Notes: generated by a model not told the origin, from the sequence alone. Positions 1 through 10,757 are shown, counted from the stretch's first letter. The stretch is DNA of 34,968 nt from Nemertoderma westbladi (GCA_032718475.1 JAUCBJ010005952.1:1-34968), one strand, 5' to 3'. A program made the numbers and translations.

Positions 1-153
1 CTGGTGAAGGGGGTATGTAACGTAGTGAATTAGTTGTTGTGAATTACTTTAGCCTTATTTGTGTATGGAGGGAGATTTGATTTGAGATTATTGTTCTTTA
101 GTTGAATATAATGCGGAATGTAGGAATGTGAGAAAGACAGACTTTTAGATACC

Positions 154-1188
154 CTACTTCAGTACCGTACCTGTTATCTTAACACCGTCGAAGGCCATTT
201 TAAAGGCTCTCCTGTAGCTTAGGGGTGATCCCGATAACAGAAATGCCGCTGGTTCCCTCTCGATAACCACGGTCATAAATAAGTTAAGCAAACTTATCAT
301 CATCCAATCTTCCTGCAGGATATATCGCTTCTGATATATCTTTATCGCTCCTCTGCGGAATTGATATACCTCTTGCTTTCCCGGTCTCGCTCCCCACTTT
401 AGCGAGTTCGCTAGTTCTGCTCCATATTCTTCCCTGAACTTCCCCCAGTCCATCGGTTTGTGGCATACGAGCCCCAATAGTTGGCCCATTGCCACCGCCC
501 CGCATTGGCCTGTGTTTCCGACTACCCCCAACCCATCCGGTGCCGTCATAGCCATGAAGACCTTCTGCATATCCAGGAGGTTGGTGGCGTCCGGACCGAT
601 GATTCTCTCCGCGTCCTCGCGAATCACCGATCCTACTTTCGTCGTCGACTTCTCTCTTACCAAGACTTGTACCGCTTTCGGCAACCGGTTTAATTTCGGC
701 CCGTCCTTCTTCCCATACGTTCCTAGATCGAATAAGAAGATGTCCCCATTTGGCGCGGCCAAATGTAGGAGTATGGTCCTGGCCGACCCCTCCGATCCTT
801 GTCTCGAACCCTCCTCGTCGTCCACGGTTCCCTCGTCGTCTAGGATCATATATCCTCCCCTGTTGACGGACTCTATGAATCTCTTCCAATCCTTCCTCGG
901 TGATTCCCTCGGGTACTTCGGAATCCCGAACTTCGCCTCGTCCCCTTTCACCACGTAGTGGAAGTGTTGGAAGATCGCGTTGTCCAGCGACGGCGTCCCG
1001 TAGGTCCCGACCAGCCACTGTTCGTGCATCTCCCGGAAGTGATCCTGCAGCACTCGTGCCGCGTGACCCCTTTCCAACCTCTCATAGTATCCTCTCGTCT
1101 TCTCTTCCGGATGCCTCTCGGTGAAATCCACCAGTATCTCCTTTCCTCCTGACTACGCCTTTCTCTTTCTGATCAATTTGCTCGCCAT
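154..1188 (-). CDS. DEDDy (DnaQ-superfamily, WRN/EXD2/RNase D-like) 3'-5' exonuclease; ATG at 1188 with one in-frame TAG at 1155-1153, open from 1152 to 154
   Basis: ExoI-like YMILDDEG, then ILLHLAAPNGDIFLFDL, LPKAVQVLVREKSTTKVGSVIRED (KVG...D, ExoII), LLDMQ, LLGLVCHK and YQKRYILQED (ExoIII-like, acid spacing slightly atypical). A CCTTACAG acceptor-like site lies 21 nt upstream of the ATG. Confidence 0.75.
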
Positions 1189-1669
1189 TCCGAACACTCA
1201 CTCGCTCACCTGTAAGGTGGTGCCTTACCAAGGCGCAATACAGATGAGTGATGTATCTAAGATGTTCTGTATGGTCCGATAATGGCCTATTCCTTACTCA
1301 ACTGCGCCCTTTTAGCCTAAATTATTACTAATTAATTCTGAAGCTAGTAAATACACCCTAATTTCAATTTCTGTCAGTTACTTTTATTATATTCCAGAAT
1401 AACTTTCCTAGTGTTGCCATAATTTGTAACTTTCAGCCCTATTCTATTTATTTTAGTTTTAATTCTACTGTCCTACTACTTACTATTGCCTATGGATTAT
1501 TCTATTCTCTAATCCACATTCTGGCCTACTCTGTGGGCCTGTGCAGTACAGCAGTATGCGTCGCGTGGCCACACGATTTACCCAGCTGTACTCATATGCC
1601 CCCCTCTCGCTACTAACTGCTAACTAATATCTATATCTTAAATATATATACCTTTCTACCTCTTACTCT

Positions 1670-2175
1670 CTCTCTAACTAACGGTACTACATACCCTCTA
1701 GCTCTTACTCTCTCTCTAACTAACGGTACTACGTACCCTCTAATTCTTACTCTCTCTCTAACTAACGGTACTACGAACCCTCTAACTCTCTAACTAACGG
1801 TACTACGTACCCTCTAACTCTCTAACTAGCGGTGCTACGTACCCTCTAACTCTCTAACTAAAGGTACTACGTACCCTCTAACTCTCTAACTAACGGTACT
1901 ACGTACCCTCTAACTCTCTAACTAACGGTACTACGTACCCTCTAACTCTCTAACTAACGGTACTACGTACCTTCTAACTCTCTAACTAACGGTACTACGT
2001 ACCTTCTAACTCTCTAACTAACGGTACTACGTACCCTCTTACTAACTAACTAACTAAGGGTACTACGTACCCTCTAACTCTCTAACTAACGGTACTAGGT
2101 ACCTCCTAACTAACTAACTAACTGACGGTACTACGTACCTCCTAACTAACTAACTCTAGGTACTACGTACCTCTT
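1670..2175. repeat. Minisatellite, 15 copies of a GGTACTACGTACC-cored unit (mostly 32 bp; 42 and 36 bp variants at the edges)
   Basis: Cores start at 1683, 1725, 1767, 1799, 1831, 1863, 1895, 1927, 1959, 1991, 2023, 2059, 2091, 2127 and 2159. Consensus is GGTACTACGTACCCTCTAACTCTCTAACTAAC. Confidence 0.95.
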
Positions 2176-2339
2176 AACTAACTTCTGCCTATTAACTGCG
2201 TACCTACTATGTACTATTATTTTATTTTTATTTTCTATTTTTTTATGTGTGGGAAGGGCGTCTCGCCCTCAATCCCACCCCCCTCAGTCCAAAGCTTGGA
2301 CGACTAAACTCTTCTCTAACTCCACTAAGGTGCCCCTTC

Positions 2340-3143
2340 TAACAGACAGGTAACACCTCTGCCCGCACTTTTTTACGGATCTAACTCTTCCATCTCAGTC
2401 CAACTTATTGGACAACTCAGCGACCTAAGGGGTGATTCCTCCAGCAGGCAACTCTCCCACTGCCACCCTATAGGTCCTCTAATTCTTCGCTCCGCTCTCC
2501 TTGTCAATTCTGGTGGCCTTTTCTCCTGTCTTTGGAAATGCTGTCTGTTATTTATGTTTCTGATCTCGTGGTCGTCCCTTGGCGGTAAAGTGCCACCCTT
2601 CAATGTGTCGCCCGGCGGTATAATGCCGCCCCTGTTCTTCTCCTTAATCTTAGATGCCACCTCTGCTGGCCACCCCCTTAATATGTGTGCTGGCATTAAA
2701 GGCCTCGACGACCCCCGTTCGTCCTTCGGTATACACGATCTCTGATGTAATGCCCCCTCGCACTCTGTCAGTCCCGCGTGCGTATGCAGCACGCCTTCTA
2801 CTTTCCCGGCTCCTTTGTCCATCACACGCCCACCCACGGGCTTCTCAGCCCCTGGTCTGGTCGTCTCAAATCTTCTCCCTTTCCATTTAGTCCTCCTGCT
2901 CGGCCTCCCCCTTGTCGGCATGCCTCCCAACCGGACCGGCATCTCTTCCGGACACTCCTCCGGCCTGTCCCCCGGACATTTCGCCGTCCGCTCCTCTCCA
3001 TCTCCATACCGATGCTTGCTGGGACTCTTGTTCCAACCCATCGTCTCTAGATCTTCTGCATCCATGCCATTCTCCTCCGCCCACTCTCTTGGTGTTGCTT
3101 CCACTTCTAGCTGTCTACCACTATTGCCCATCTCTGGCCTCTC
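2340..3143 (-). pseudogene. Degenerate BEL/Pao integrase C-terminal region (end of core plus DUF5641-like tail)
   Basis: LTECEGALHQRS...RPLMPAHILRG resembles the Pao integrase L.EVEA.LNSRP...PLTPAHFL.G. A shifted frame at 2394-2371 reads DGRVRSVK. The main ORF is in frame with the protease ORF across one TAG at 3146-3144. Confidence 0.65.
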
Positions 3144-3981
3144 CTATATCTCGTCGACAGTTCCTGGCACCATGCATCCTGAACTCTCAGACACATGGAA
3201 TGGTATATTACTCTTGATTGGGCCACTCAGCGTCCACCCGAATGGTGTTAATATCGCCACCGGGTCACACTGCTTGTCTTCCCCGAAGACCGTTTGCATT
3301 CTTTCGTGGGCCGTTGGGCAGTCCATTCCTACTATGATGGATACCTTCCTAACGTCCACATCTGGGATTGAGAAGTCAATGTCGTCCAGGAATTTATATT
3401 GCTCGACCTCGATGTTGGTTGGCCGCCTGGCATTGATATTAATTGACTCTATCACTTGGATGGGGTCGATGGTTGCCCCATAGTCGCATCCCGGTGCCAC
3501 TGCTGCAATTGCGCACCGTCCGGTTCTCATCTCCAGGATCTCATCTTTGCTAGAGATGGTTGTTACCGCCATTCTGCTTGGCCTCATTCTCAATCCTATC
3601 TCTTCGGCCACCCATTCCTCGACTAATGTGAAGGCAGCTCCACTATCGACCAGCATTAGTGTTGTTACTGATCGATTGCCTTCCCCAATCACTCGCACGG
3701 GTACTACTCCAAGTAACACCGTTCCTCTCTTCTTCGCCCCTACTGTGCTCGTCGCCATCGTTTGGCCTCTCCTTTGACCGAACTTTACCGGCTTCTCCTT
3801 GCATTCCCTAGCTCTATGTCCACTCATCACACATCGCGAGCAGATTTTATTGCTCAACGCATAATCTATCTGATCTTGCCTAGGTAGCGCCTGCCAGTAC
3901 CTGCAGTTCATGGTCTGATGAAGCGCATTTGCGTGTAGCTGGCATTTGCTCTTTGGGTCGTAGCCCTCCTTATACACGTTC
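3144..3981 (-). pseudogene. Gag zinc knuckles plus Pao-type aspartic protease (DUF1758-like)
   Basis: Knuckles CQLHANALHQTMNC and CSRCVMSGHRAREC; VLLGVVPVRV...LMLVDSGAAFTLV active site; IIVGMD and AILTPFGWTLSGP motifs. Confidence 0.9.
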
Positions 3982-4591
3982 GTGGGGACTTCGCGCAGCA
4001 CGTAGTCGGCAAGCCTTGGCATACGGTTTATATAGAGCAAATGGGGCATGTCTAGTTTGGACCCCATATCCCATGCTATAAATGTATTCATTCGATATAC
4101 AATCATATGTTAATCCGCTAGGTGGTGTCAAATTGTTATTCTGCAATTTCGTACTTACCAGTGCAGCACTGTACAGCAGTACCGTACCGGTAGGCCTATG
4201 TCATTACTTCTGAGTCTCTAGCGGATCCCCAATTAAATGTCTTAACTTTTCAATTTCGTAAAAGATAGACTTCATGATTCTCTACAGGCCACCAAAATTT
4301 CAGCTCAGGAAAATGAGGCCTTCCCGAGAAATTTAACATTTTCTAAAAACCACATAATCTGTCGTAGCTGACGTCAGACTGCATGATTTTTCACCAAACT
4401 TTTCAAACTTTCTAAACTTTCTCTCTACTACTTACCTACTAAGTTTGGTTCAATTCCGAACCAGCGATGCAGAGAAATTCGCGTTCAAACATTTACCAGA
4501 CAGACGGACGGACAGACAGACAGACGGACATGCCCCATTTGCCCTATATGAACCGTATGCCAAGGCTCGCCGACTACGTGTCTCGCCCCAC
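3982..4591 (-). mobile_element. 610-bp non-autonomous DNA element with ~55-bp subterminal inverted repeats and a (GACA/GACG)n microsatellite (HINE/DINE-1-like or MITE), inserted in gag
   Basis: Ends are GTGGGG...CCCCAC, and ~3999-4052 is the reverse complement of ~4527-4580. Removing it restores the gag frame (AIRNAL/NVYKEGY) with no target duplication. Confidence 0.85.
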
Positions 4592-5686
4592 AGTGCATTG
4601 CGTATCGCAGCTGCGTTTGTACCAAAATCCCTACTATTCTTATTGTTTGGATTCGGCCTACTGGACGTACTGGGGTTATATTTATTCGTGTTGTTATTGT
4701 TCCCCTGTTCGTTCCATGCTGTGGTCTTACTTTCGGCTATCTGTGGACTCGTAGTCCCCTGCGTCGCTGCATATGGCAATGATTGCCTGAGCCTCGGTAA
4801 TGCGTTTGATGTATTGTGCTCTGGTTTCGGTCTATGGTAATCCGTCTTCGGTCCCTTTCCCAGGCTATCTTCGCTATAGACTGGGTCAGTTATTAGTTCA
4901 GCCTCGTAGTTTAAGAAGCTTGACATTTCTTCTAAACCCGGTTCCACACCCTTCTTGTCTCGAGTGGAGAAAGCGATTTTCCTCCACTTGTTGCGCAGCC
5001 AGTTCGGTAGTGCCTGCGCTATCGTGGTGATGTTGTTGGACGCGTTGAGCTCGTATGGCGCGTCTAGCGTCTTCAGCACGATTAGCGCCTTTTCGACTTT
5101 GTTAGCGAACGTCTTAATGCTAACGGGATTATCCTGTAGGCCACCCGATGTTATGCCTCTCAGTGTCTGCCTGATGATCTTGGCCGGGTGCCCGTATTCC
5201 CTATCCAGTGCCCGCCATGCTGTCGTGAAGCCGCCCTCTATGCCTTGGTATTGCCTCACGATATCGTATGCTGGGCCTCCCGTGTATACTTGCAGATATT
5301 TTAGGCACTCCGCCTGCGTCAAGTTTTTTGTTAGTATTTCGTTACTATACATGCGCCGAAACTGTAGATATTCTTCCGGCCTACTCCCATCGAATTTGAA
5401 TGGTTCCACGGGTGGTAACTCGATCCTCGTTTTCAACGCATCGATCAACGTGGCCATCCCCATCGCCTGTGCTTCCAATGGGTTCGATGGATGTTGTATA
5501 GTTTCTCCTGTCTGGTGCGGTCCGTCTGTCCTATTTCCACCTTTCCTTTGACTTGGATATGTCATCGGGGGTAGCGGCCCCCTCCATATTTCTGTGTCGC
5601 ACGACCTATTTTCATCCAAGGGTCTCGTTGTTCTTGCTCCTATCGGGGTATATTGTTGATATTGTGATGGGGGAATGTCACCCTGT
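4592..5686 (-). pseudogene. BEL/Pao gag capsid-like core (DUF1759-like)
   Basis: LPPVEPFKFDGSRPEEYLQFRRMY...LKYLQVYTGGPAYDIV...AWRALDREYGHP, then LPNWLRNKW and FLNYEAE. Confidence 0.9.
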
Positions 5687-6738
5687 CCCCCCCCCCCCCC
5701 CCACCGGTATGTTTGGTACTGGGGTTGATGTTAATATGTTGGGGCCCATACACCTATCCGCAATAATTCCCCCCTCCCCTGGGTATATGTTATGTCCCTG
5801 CATGCTGTAGTCATACTGCTGTACTGGTACCGGTATAGGCCTATCAGCTTCTGGCCTACTCGCCGGTATGTATTCCGCGACTTCCGGGTTTAATCCCGTC
5901 GTCCGCGCTATCCTATCGCCTACATTGCCTCTGTCAGTATGGCCTATGGTATGTGCAGTAAGGCCTACAGTATGTCCTACAGTCTGCATGTGTCGCTCGG
6001 GATCGAAGTTTATTCTTCTCGAATAGTCCTCCCCGCGGCTACCGTATTCTCGATCGGTAGGTATATTCCGTCGGAAAGTTTCTCTTCGATCCCCCCCTCT
6101 ACTGTTCTCGTCTTCGTACCGGTACATCGCGTACCCCTCCATCGGCGCGTAATGCGCCTCACCAGGTCGCATCTCTCCGGGGCGACGGCAATCTCCCGGA
6201 GTCCGACCCCACTGACTCTCTGTTCTCATCTCGACTACCGACGGCTCGCTATCCGTCCTCGCTCTTCTATCGTTCGCGGCGATACTTCTACTACTGTCTT
6301 CTCTTCTTCTCCTTTCAGTGGAGTATTCCCGCTCGTGAGATCTCTCGTCGACCTCCCGGTTAAACCCCACTGTTCTTCTTCCCTCTTCTGATCGGGCTCG
6401 ACGCTTCGTCCGCCCTCTTACGACGTCAACCTGTCTCTCTCTGCTCGGTCGCACGCCGCTGGGGATACTCGCAATCCCCCTATTGCTTTCCATCGCCGGG
6501 TGTTGCGGTTTACCTATTTCGGCCCGCGCATTATCCGCTGACGGCTGTGGGACACTCTCTGCCCCCCCCCCCTTTCGCCGCTAACTCGCTGTTGTGGGGC
6601 CCCTGTAGCCCCCCCCCCCCCCCCACTCGCCACATCTAACTTCGCTATCTCTCACCCCGCTACTATATCCCTCTCCAGTCGACACATCAACCCTACCGCG
6701 GTCGGGTCTATTCACCCCCGCCTCTCCCTCTGCTATTG

Positions 6739-6915
6739 CGTGGCCTACCAGGCCCTCTACTCCCTGCCTACCAACTACGTGGCCTACCAGGCCCTCGCTG
6801 GGTCTACCCAACCCAGCCACTCCCTGCCTACCAATTACGTGGCCTACCAGGCCCTCTCTGGGTTGGCTCAACCCCGTCTGCTCCGGCCTACCAACTACGT
6901 GGCCTACCAGGCCCG
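6739..6915. repeat. Four copies of a 39-60-bp coding repeat (GLVGHVVGR) within gag
   Basis: CGTGGCCTACCAGGCCC starts at 6739, 6778, 6838 and 6898. Confidence 0.9.
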
Positions 6916-8412
6916 ACCAGCCCCTCTACATAGCCTACCCCCGGCCATACACGCCCGACGTGTTCACGTTAATAGCACCCATATTGGAAACGGAATTAAT
7001 TTGTTCGTTTGAAACAAAATCATTTGAATTATTTTGTAAATTCGGGCTTGGATCATTACTCAAATTATTTGAATTATTATTATTTTCTAAATTTAAATTA
7101 TTATTCGGATTATTTTGCACCTTCAAATTGAAATTATTATTTGTATTTAAATTTAAATTACTGCTACTAGGTAAAGCATTATTTGCTGCAATAAAGGGAT
7201 TAGGGTTATCCAATACGGTACTATTAATATTAACGATGTCTACTGTAGCATTATTATTACCCCCCCCCCCCCCCCCCCCCTGTACGGTCACACCAGTCTT
7301 GGGTCTGTCGTGCGGTCCCTGTAAGTGGGGTATTAATAAATGTATCCACAGCCCCTGGCTCCTCGAAAATACTCGAGCTTGCCCCACTCTCAGACGCCCC
7401 TATTCGCGCCAGTTCCCGTTCGCGCGTATGTATAGCTTTGTACCCTGTAAGCTCACCTTGACGTTTCTCTAGCTCTTCTCGCTCATACTCCTTTCTTGCC
7501 ATTCTCTCCCTACACTCCCGTGCATCCCGCTCGGCCAATTCCAACTCTCTTCTAGCCCCCTCCCTTCGTCTCGCCTCACGCTCTCTGCGTTCGTTTTCCT
7601 CTCTCGCCTCGCGTTCTTTGCACTCGTTTTCCACTCTCACCTTGCGTTCTTTGCACTCATTTTCCTCTCTCGCTACACGTTCCTTACGTTCCGCCTCACG
7701 CTCTTTGCGCTCATTTTTCTCTCTCGCTACACGTTCCCTACGTTCCGCCTCACGCTCTTCTTGTTCCTTCCTCCCTACTTCCTCACACTCCCTAAGGCTT
7801 CTCGCGGCCCTTTCGGCCCTCTCTCCGGTTTCTTTAATCAACGCCATTTCCCTCTCTAGCAGCACTCTCCCCTCCTCTAACCGTCTACCTACTTCCCTTT
7901 GACCTTGCTCTATCAAATCGAGATGGTACGTGGCATTTATCTCTCTCACCCGTCTTCCTTTCGCGGAGGATGTAGCAGACTTATCGGTTACGACGGATTC
8001 CCTCCGCCTTCCCGACCTACTGACTTTCCCCCGCCTCCCGGAACTTCCTCCGACCGACGAGGCCGAATCTTCGGATTCGCCCTCCTCAGGTCTCTCCCAA
8101 CCCACTAATTTTAGTCCCCGAGCATCGACTAAGTATGGCCCTACGTACACTACGCTAGGTTCCATACCCCTACACCGCCACAAGTCATACAGTTCCTCGG
8201 CAACTCCCCTCGCTCTCTCCTTGGCCAGTTCTCTTTGCCCAAAGCGCATTAGATAATTAAAGTGTTTATTCGACTCACCTAGTCGTTTCCTCAGTCTAAC
8301 CTCGTCTATCTTCGCCCCCTCTTTGGCCTCCTTTAGCAGTTTCTGGGTCGCGTTGTAGGCCCGTCGAAGTCGATCAGAAACCCCGACGTCCTCGTCGCCG
8401 ACCTCTCTTCCG

Positions 8413-8618
8413 TCTCTCCGGGTCCGACGTCGTACCGGCGTCCCACCGTCGCCGTTTCGGTGGGCCGTTCGTCGCCCTCGGCCTGTAGCTGGCCGGCGAC
8501 ATCGGTATCGACATCTCCTCCATCTCTCCGGGTCCGGCGTCGTACCGTCGGCCCCACCGTCGCCGTTTCGGTGGGCCGCTCGTCGCCCTCGGCCTGTGGC
8601 TGGCCGGCGACATCAGTA
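8413..8618. repeat. Tandem duplication of ~111 bp (37 codons) in the 5' part of gag
   Basis: Copies start at 8413 and 8523 (peptide DVAGQ.QAEGDERPTETATVG twice). The left copy is 1 nt shorter near 8440, which shifts the frame. Confidence 0.9.
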
Positions 8619-9473
8619 CGTCGACCCACGTCCCGTGTCGACTCGTCTCCTTCTCCCTCCGTCTCGCTCTCTCCTTCTCTCGGCTCGACCTCGGGTTCCA
8701 GGCGGCCCCCCTCGTCCTGAACTGCCGGATGACCCGTTACCGATGGGTCCGGCGTTGTGGGCCTGTACCGCCTGGTTGCGGCCTCGCGGATCGTTAATTC
8801 TTCGTCCGGGGTCCGCGTCGGCGTTGTCTCTCTCGACTGACTCATCTCGCTTGGTTCGATTGGCGGCTGGTAGTCTTGTTTAGCTAGCTAGGTCGGCAGC
8901 TCTGAGTTCAATTACTGTGCCACCGACGGGTTTAATTACTGTGACGGGATCCAGGGAGGATCCCGGTTTATCCGTTTGTTAATTTACGCGTCCCCGCCGT
9001 GTGTGAAGAGTGAAAGGGTTTACTGTTGTTTGTCGCGTATAATATTCAGGTAAAAGATATAGATATAGATATATGATGTCGTACACAGAAGGCGGGAAAC
9101 GGTAATTAAAGTCCCGGTCCTTCCCTAGCTAAACTAACTAACCTAACTAGCACCAATATGATACTGAGATAACTGAAGTGAAAGTGATTACTGCCAACTG
9201 GCTATATTGCACGGGTTGGCCTTGTTACTCTACCTAATCGATGCCTTTCCCCCCTCTGATTGGTTGATACCCTTGTTGGCGCCCTTTGGAGTGTTCCCGT
9301 TCACTCCACCTGTTCTCTCTGGGTTAGGGGTTTGGCCCCTGACCCTCATTGTGTGTTTCTCCTTCCCATTTTGTTGGGGTGGCACGAGTGATTGATTACT
9401 CAATCTCGTGGCCCCCAATATTGCTTATCGGCTTAACTTTATGGGGTGTTAGCGGGATTGAATAAGCTAACAC

Positions 9474-9590
9474 TAACCATAAACCCAACCCGAACCCGAA
9501 CTCTATCTAACCATAAACTCAACTATAACCCTAACCCAAACTCTATCCCTAACCAAAACCCTAACCAAACTTAAACCCAAACCTAACTAA
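9474..9590. repeat. Degenerate (TAACCC)n-like simple repeat
   Basis: Runs of CTAACC, AAACCC and GAACCC hexamers. Confidence 0.7.
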
Positions 9591-9942
9591 TTCATACATG
9601 GACTTCTAGAATATTATTTTATACCATCTGTACTATGAACATGTATATATATATATATAACATTCTAGAATTATGTGAACAATACTAGTACATTCATACT
9701 AAGGTCATACTATAATATACTATAGAACATGTTAGACATTTTATTTAAAAATATTTTGTTCTCTAGAACTATAACATATTTTGTTCAAGAAAAATTTTAA
9801 AAAATATATTTTTAATTATATATTTTCTTTCTTCTTAAAAATCTTCTAGAACATTCGCGAAGATCGCCACGTTTGCGAAGCTCCGTCTATAGTATTGGTA
9901 AACACAAAATTTAACTTCGCAAACGTGTTTACGAATACTATA

Positions 9943-10757
9943 GGGGATAGTTCTTTTTACAGAACACAAGCGAACACACAAGAACACACCCGAACACAAT
10001 CCAAAAACTGCCGAACACAATCAAACACAGTCGAAAATAGAAAGGGCACAAAAAAAAAACACCGGGTACAACTTTTAGATAAAATTAGTAACGCGTTGCC
10101 TTTCTATAAGAACATTTCCGAAATTATTGAATACAATTGTCGCGAAATTAAATATTCATTTCTTATCAGGTAGGCCTATCATTTGTCGTGTACTGCTGTA
10201 CTGTATAATCAAACTATGCAGGGAAGCCTACGGGTACCGTACCTGTCACACATATAGTAATAGCGGGTTAGCTACAGTAATAGGCCTGATTGCCTGTGTA
10301 CTGGAATAGCTTGGTGTGGAACTGATAGGTACCGGTACCTACCCACCTACTGCTGTACTGGAATATAAAGAGCTGGGTCCCGGTTAGGTACTAACCCTGA
10401 CAGGTAACGGTAGGGATCTCTGTCCCGGTCTAACCACACTTAACTTCGGCCTACTACTATGTTAAATTATTAGTTGTCGGCTTAGGCTAGGCCTGATCTG
10501 ATAAGAAATGAATATTTAATTTCGCGACAATTTTATTCAATAATTTCGGGAATTTTCTTATAGAAAAGCAACGCGTGGCTAATTTTATCTAAAACTAACA
10601 CCAAAAAAAAACACCAACACAAAAAAAACACCGGGTGTGTTATTTTTTTGTGCTCTTCCTATTTTCGACTGTGTTCGTTTGTGTTCGGCAGTTTTTGGAG
10701 TGTGTTCGGGTGTGTTCTACTGTGTTCGCTTGTATTCTGTAAAAAGATCTATCCTAC
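9943..10757. mobile_element. Foldback/MITE element with ~230-bp imperfect terminal inverted repeats
   Basis: ~9945-10178 is the reverse complement of ~10488-10754 (GGATAG.TCTTTTTACAGAA...GTCGCGAAATTAAATATTCATTTCTTATCAG). TA dinucleotides flank both ends. Confidence 0.85.

Larger units (their letters stand above)
5687..8845 (-). pseudogene. Long low-complexity N-terminal extension of gag (acidic/Arg-rich repeats, E/R coiled coil, Asn-rich tract), broken by frameshifts
   Basis: Consecutive minus ORFs 8845-8333, 8249-7257, 7387-6935, 6871-6581 and 6493-5678 can be joined by 1-2 nt changes, mostly at poly-G runs. Confidence 0.7.
154..9420 (-). mobile_element. Degenerate, internally deleted BEL/Pao-type LTR retrotransposon (gag - protease - integrase C-terminal remnant - extra exonuclease ORF); boundaries uncertain
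   Basis: Colinear minus-strand ORFs give a Pao-type gag core, CCHC knuckles, a DSG protease and integrase-tail motifs. No RT (YxDD) or RNase H is seen, and no LTR pair was found in the window. Confidence 0.8.

Noticed and set aside
284-1152. Alternative-frame and antisense ORFs over the exonuclease
   Set aside because: No recognisable motifs; expected shadows of GC-rich coding DNA.
1153-3146. Programmed readthrough at the two in-frame TAG codons
   Set aside because: No clear readthrough context or pseudoknot is seen, and simple decay explains them unless they are shared by sister copies.
3982-4106. N-terminus of the 320-aa ORF (and C-terminus of the 389-aa ORF at 4450-4591)
   Set aside because: Read-through into the inserted 610-bp element, not real protein.
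2554-8883. Many plus-strand ORFs over gag and pol
   Set aside because: Antisense shadows of the minus-strand retroelement frame.
9474-9590. True or interstitial telomere
   Set aside because: Too short and degenerate; such tracts are common in invertebrate repeats.
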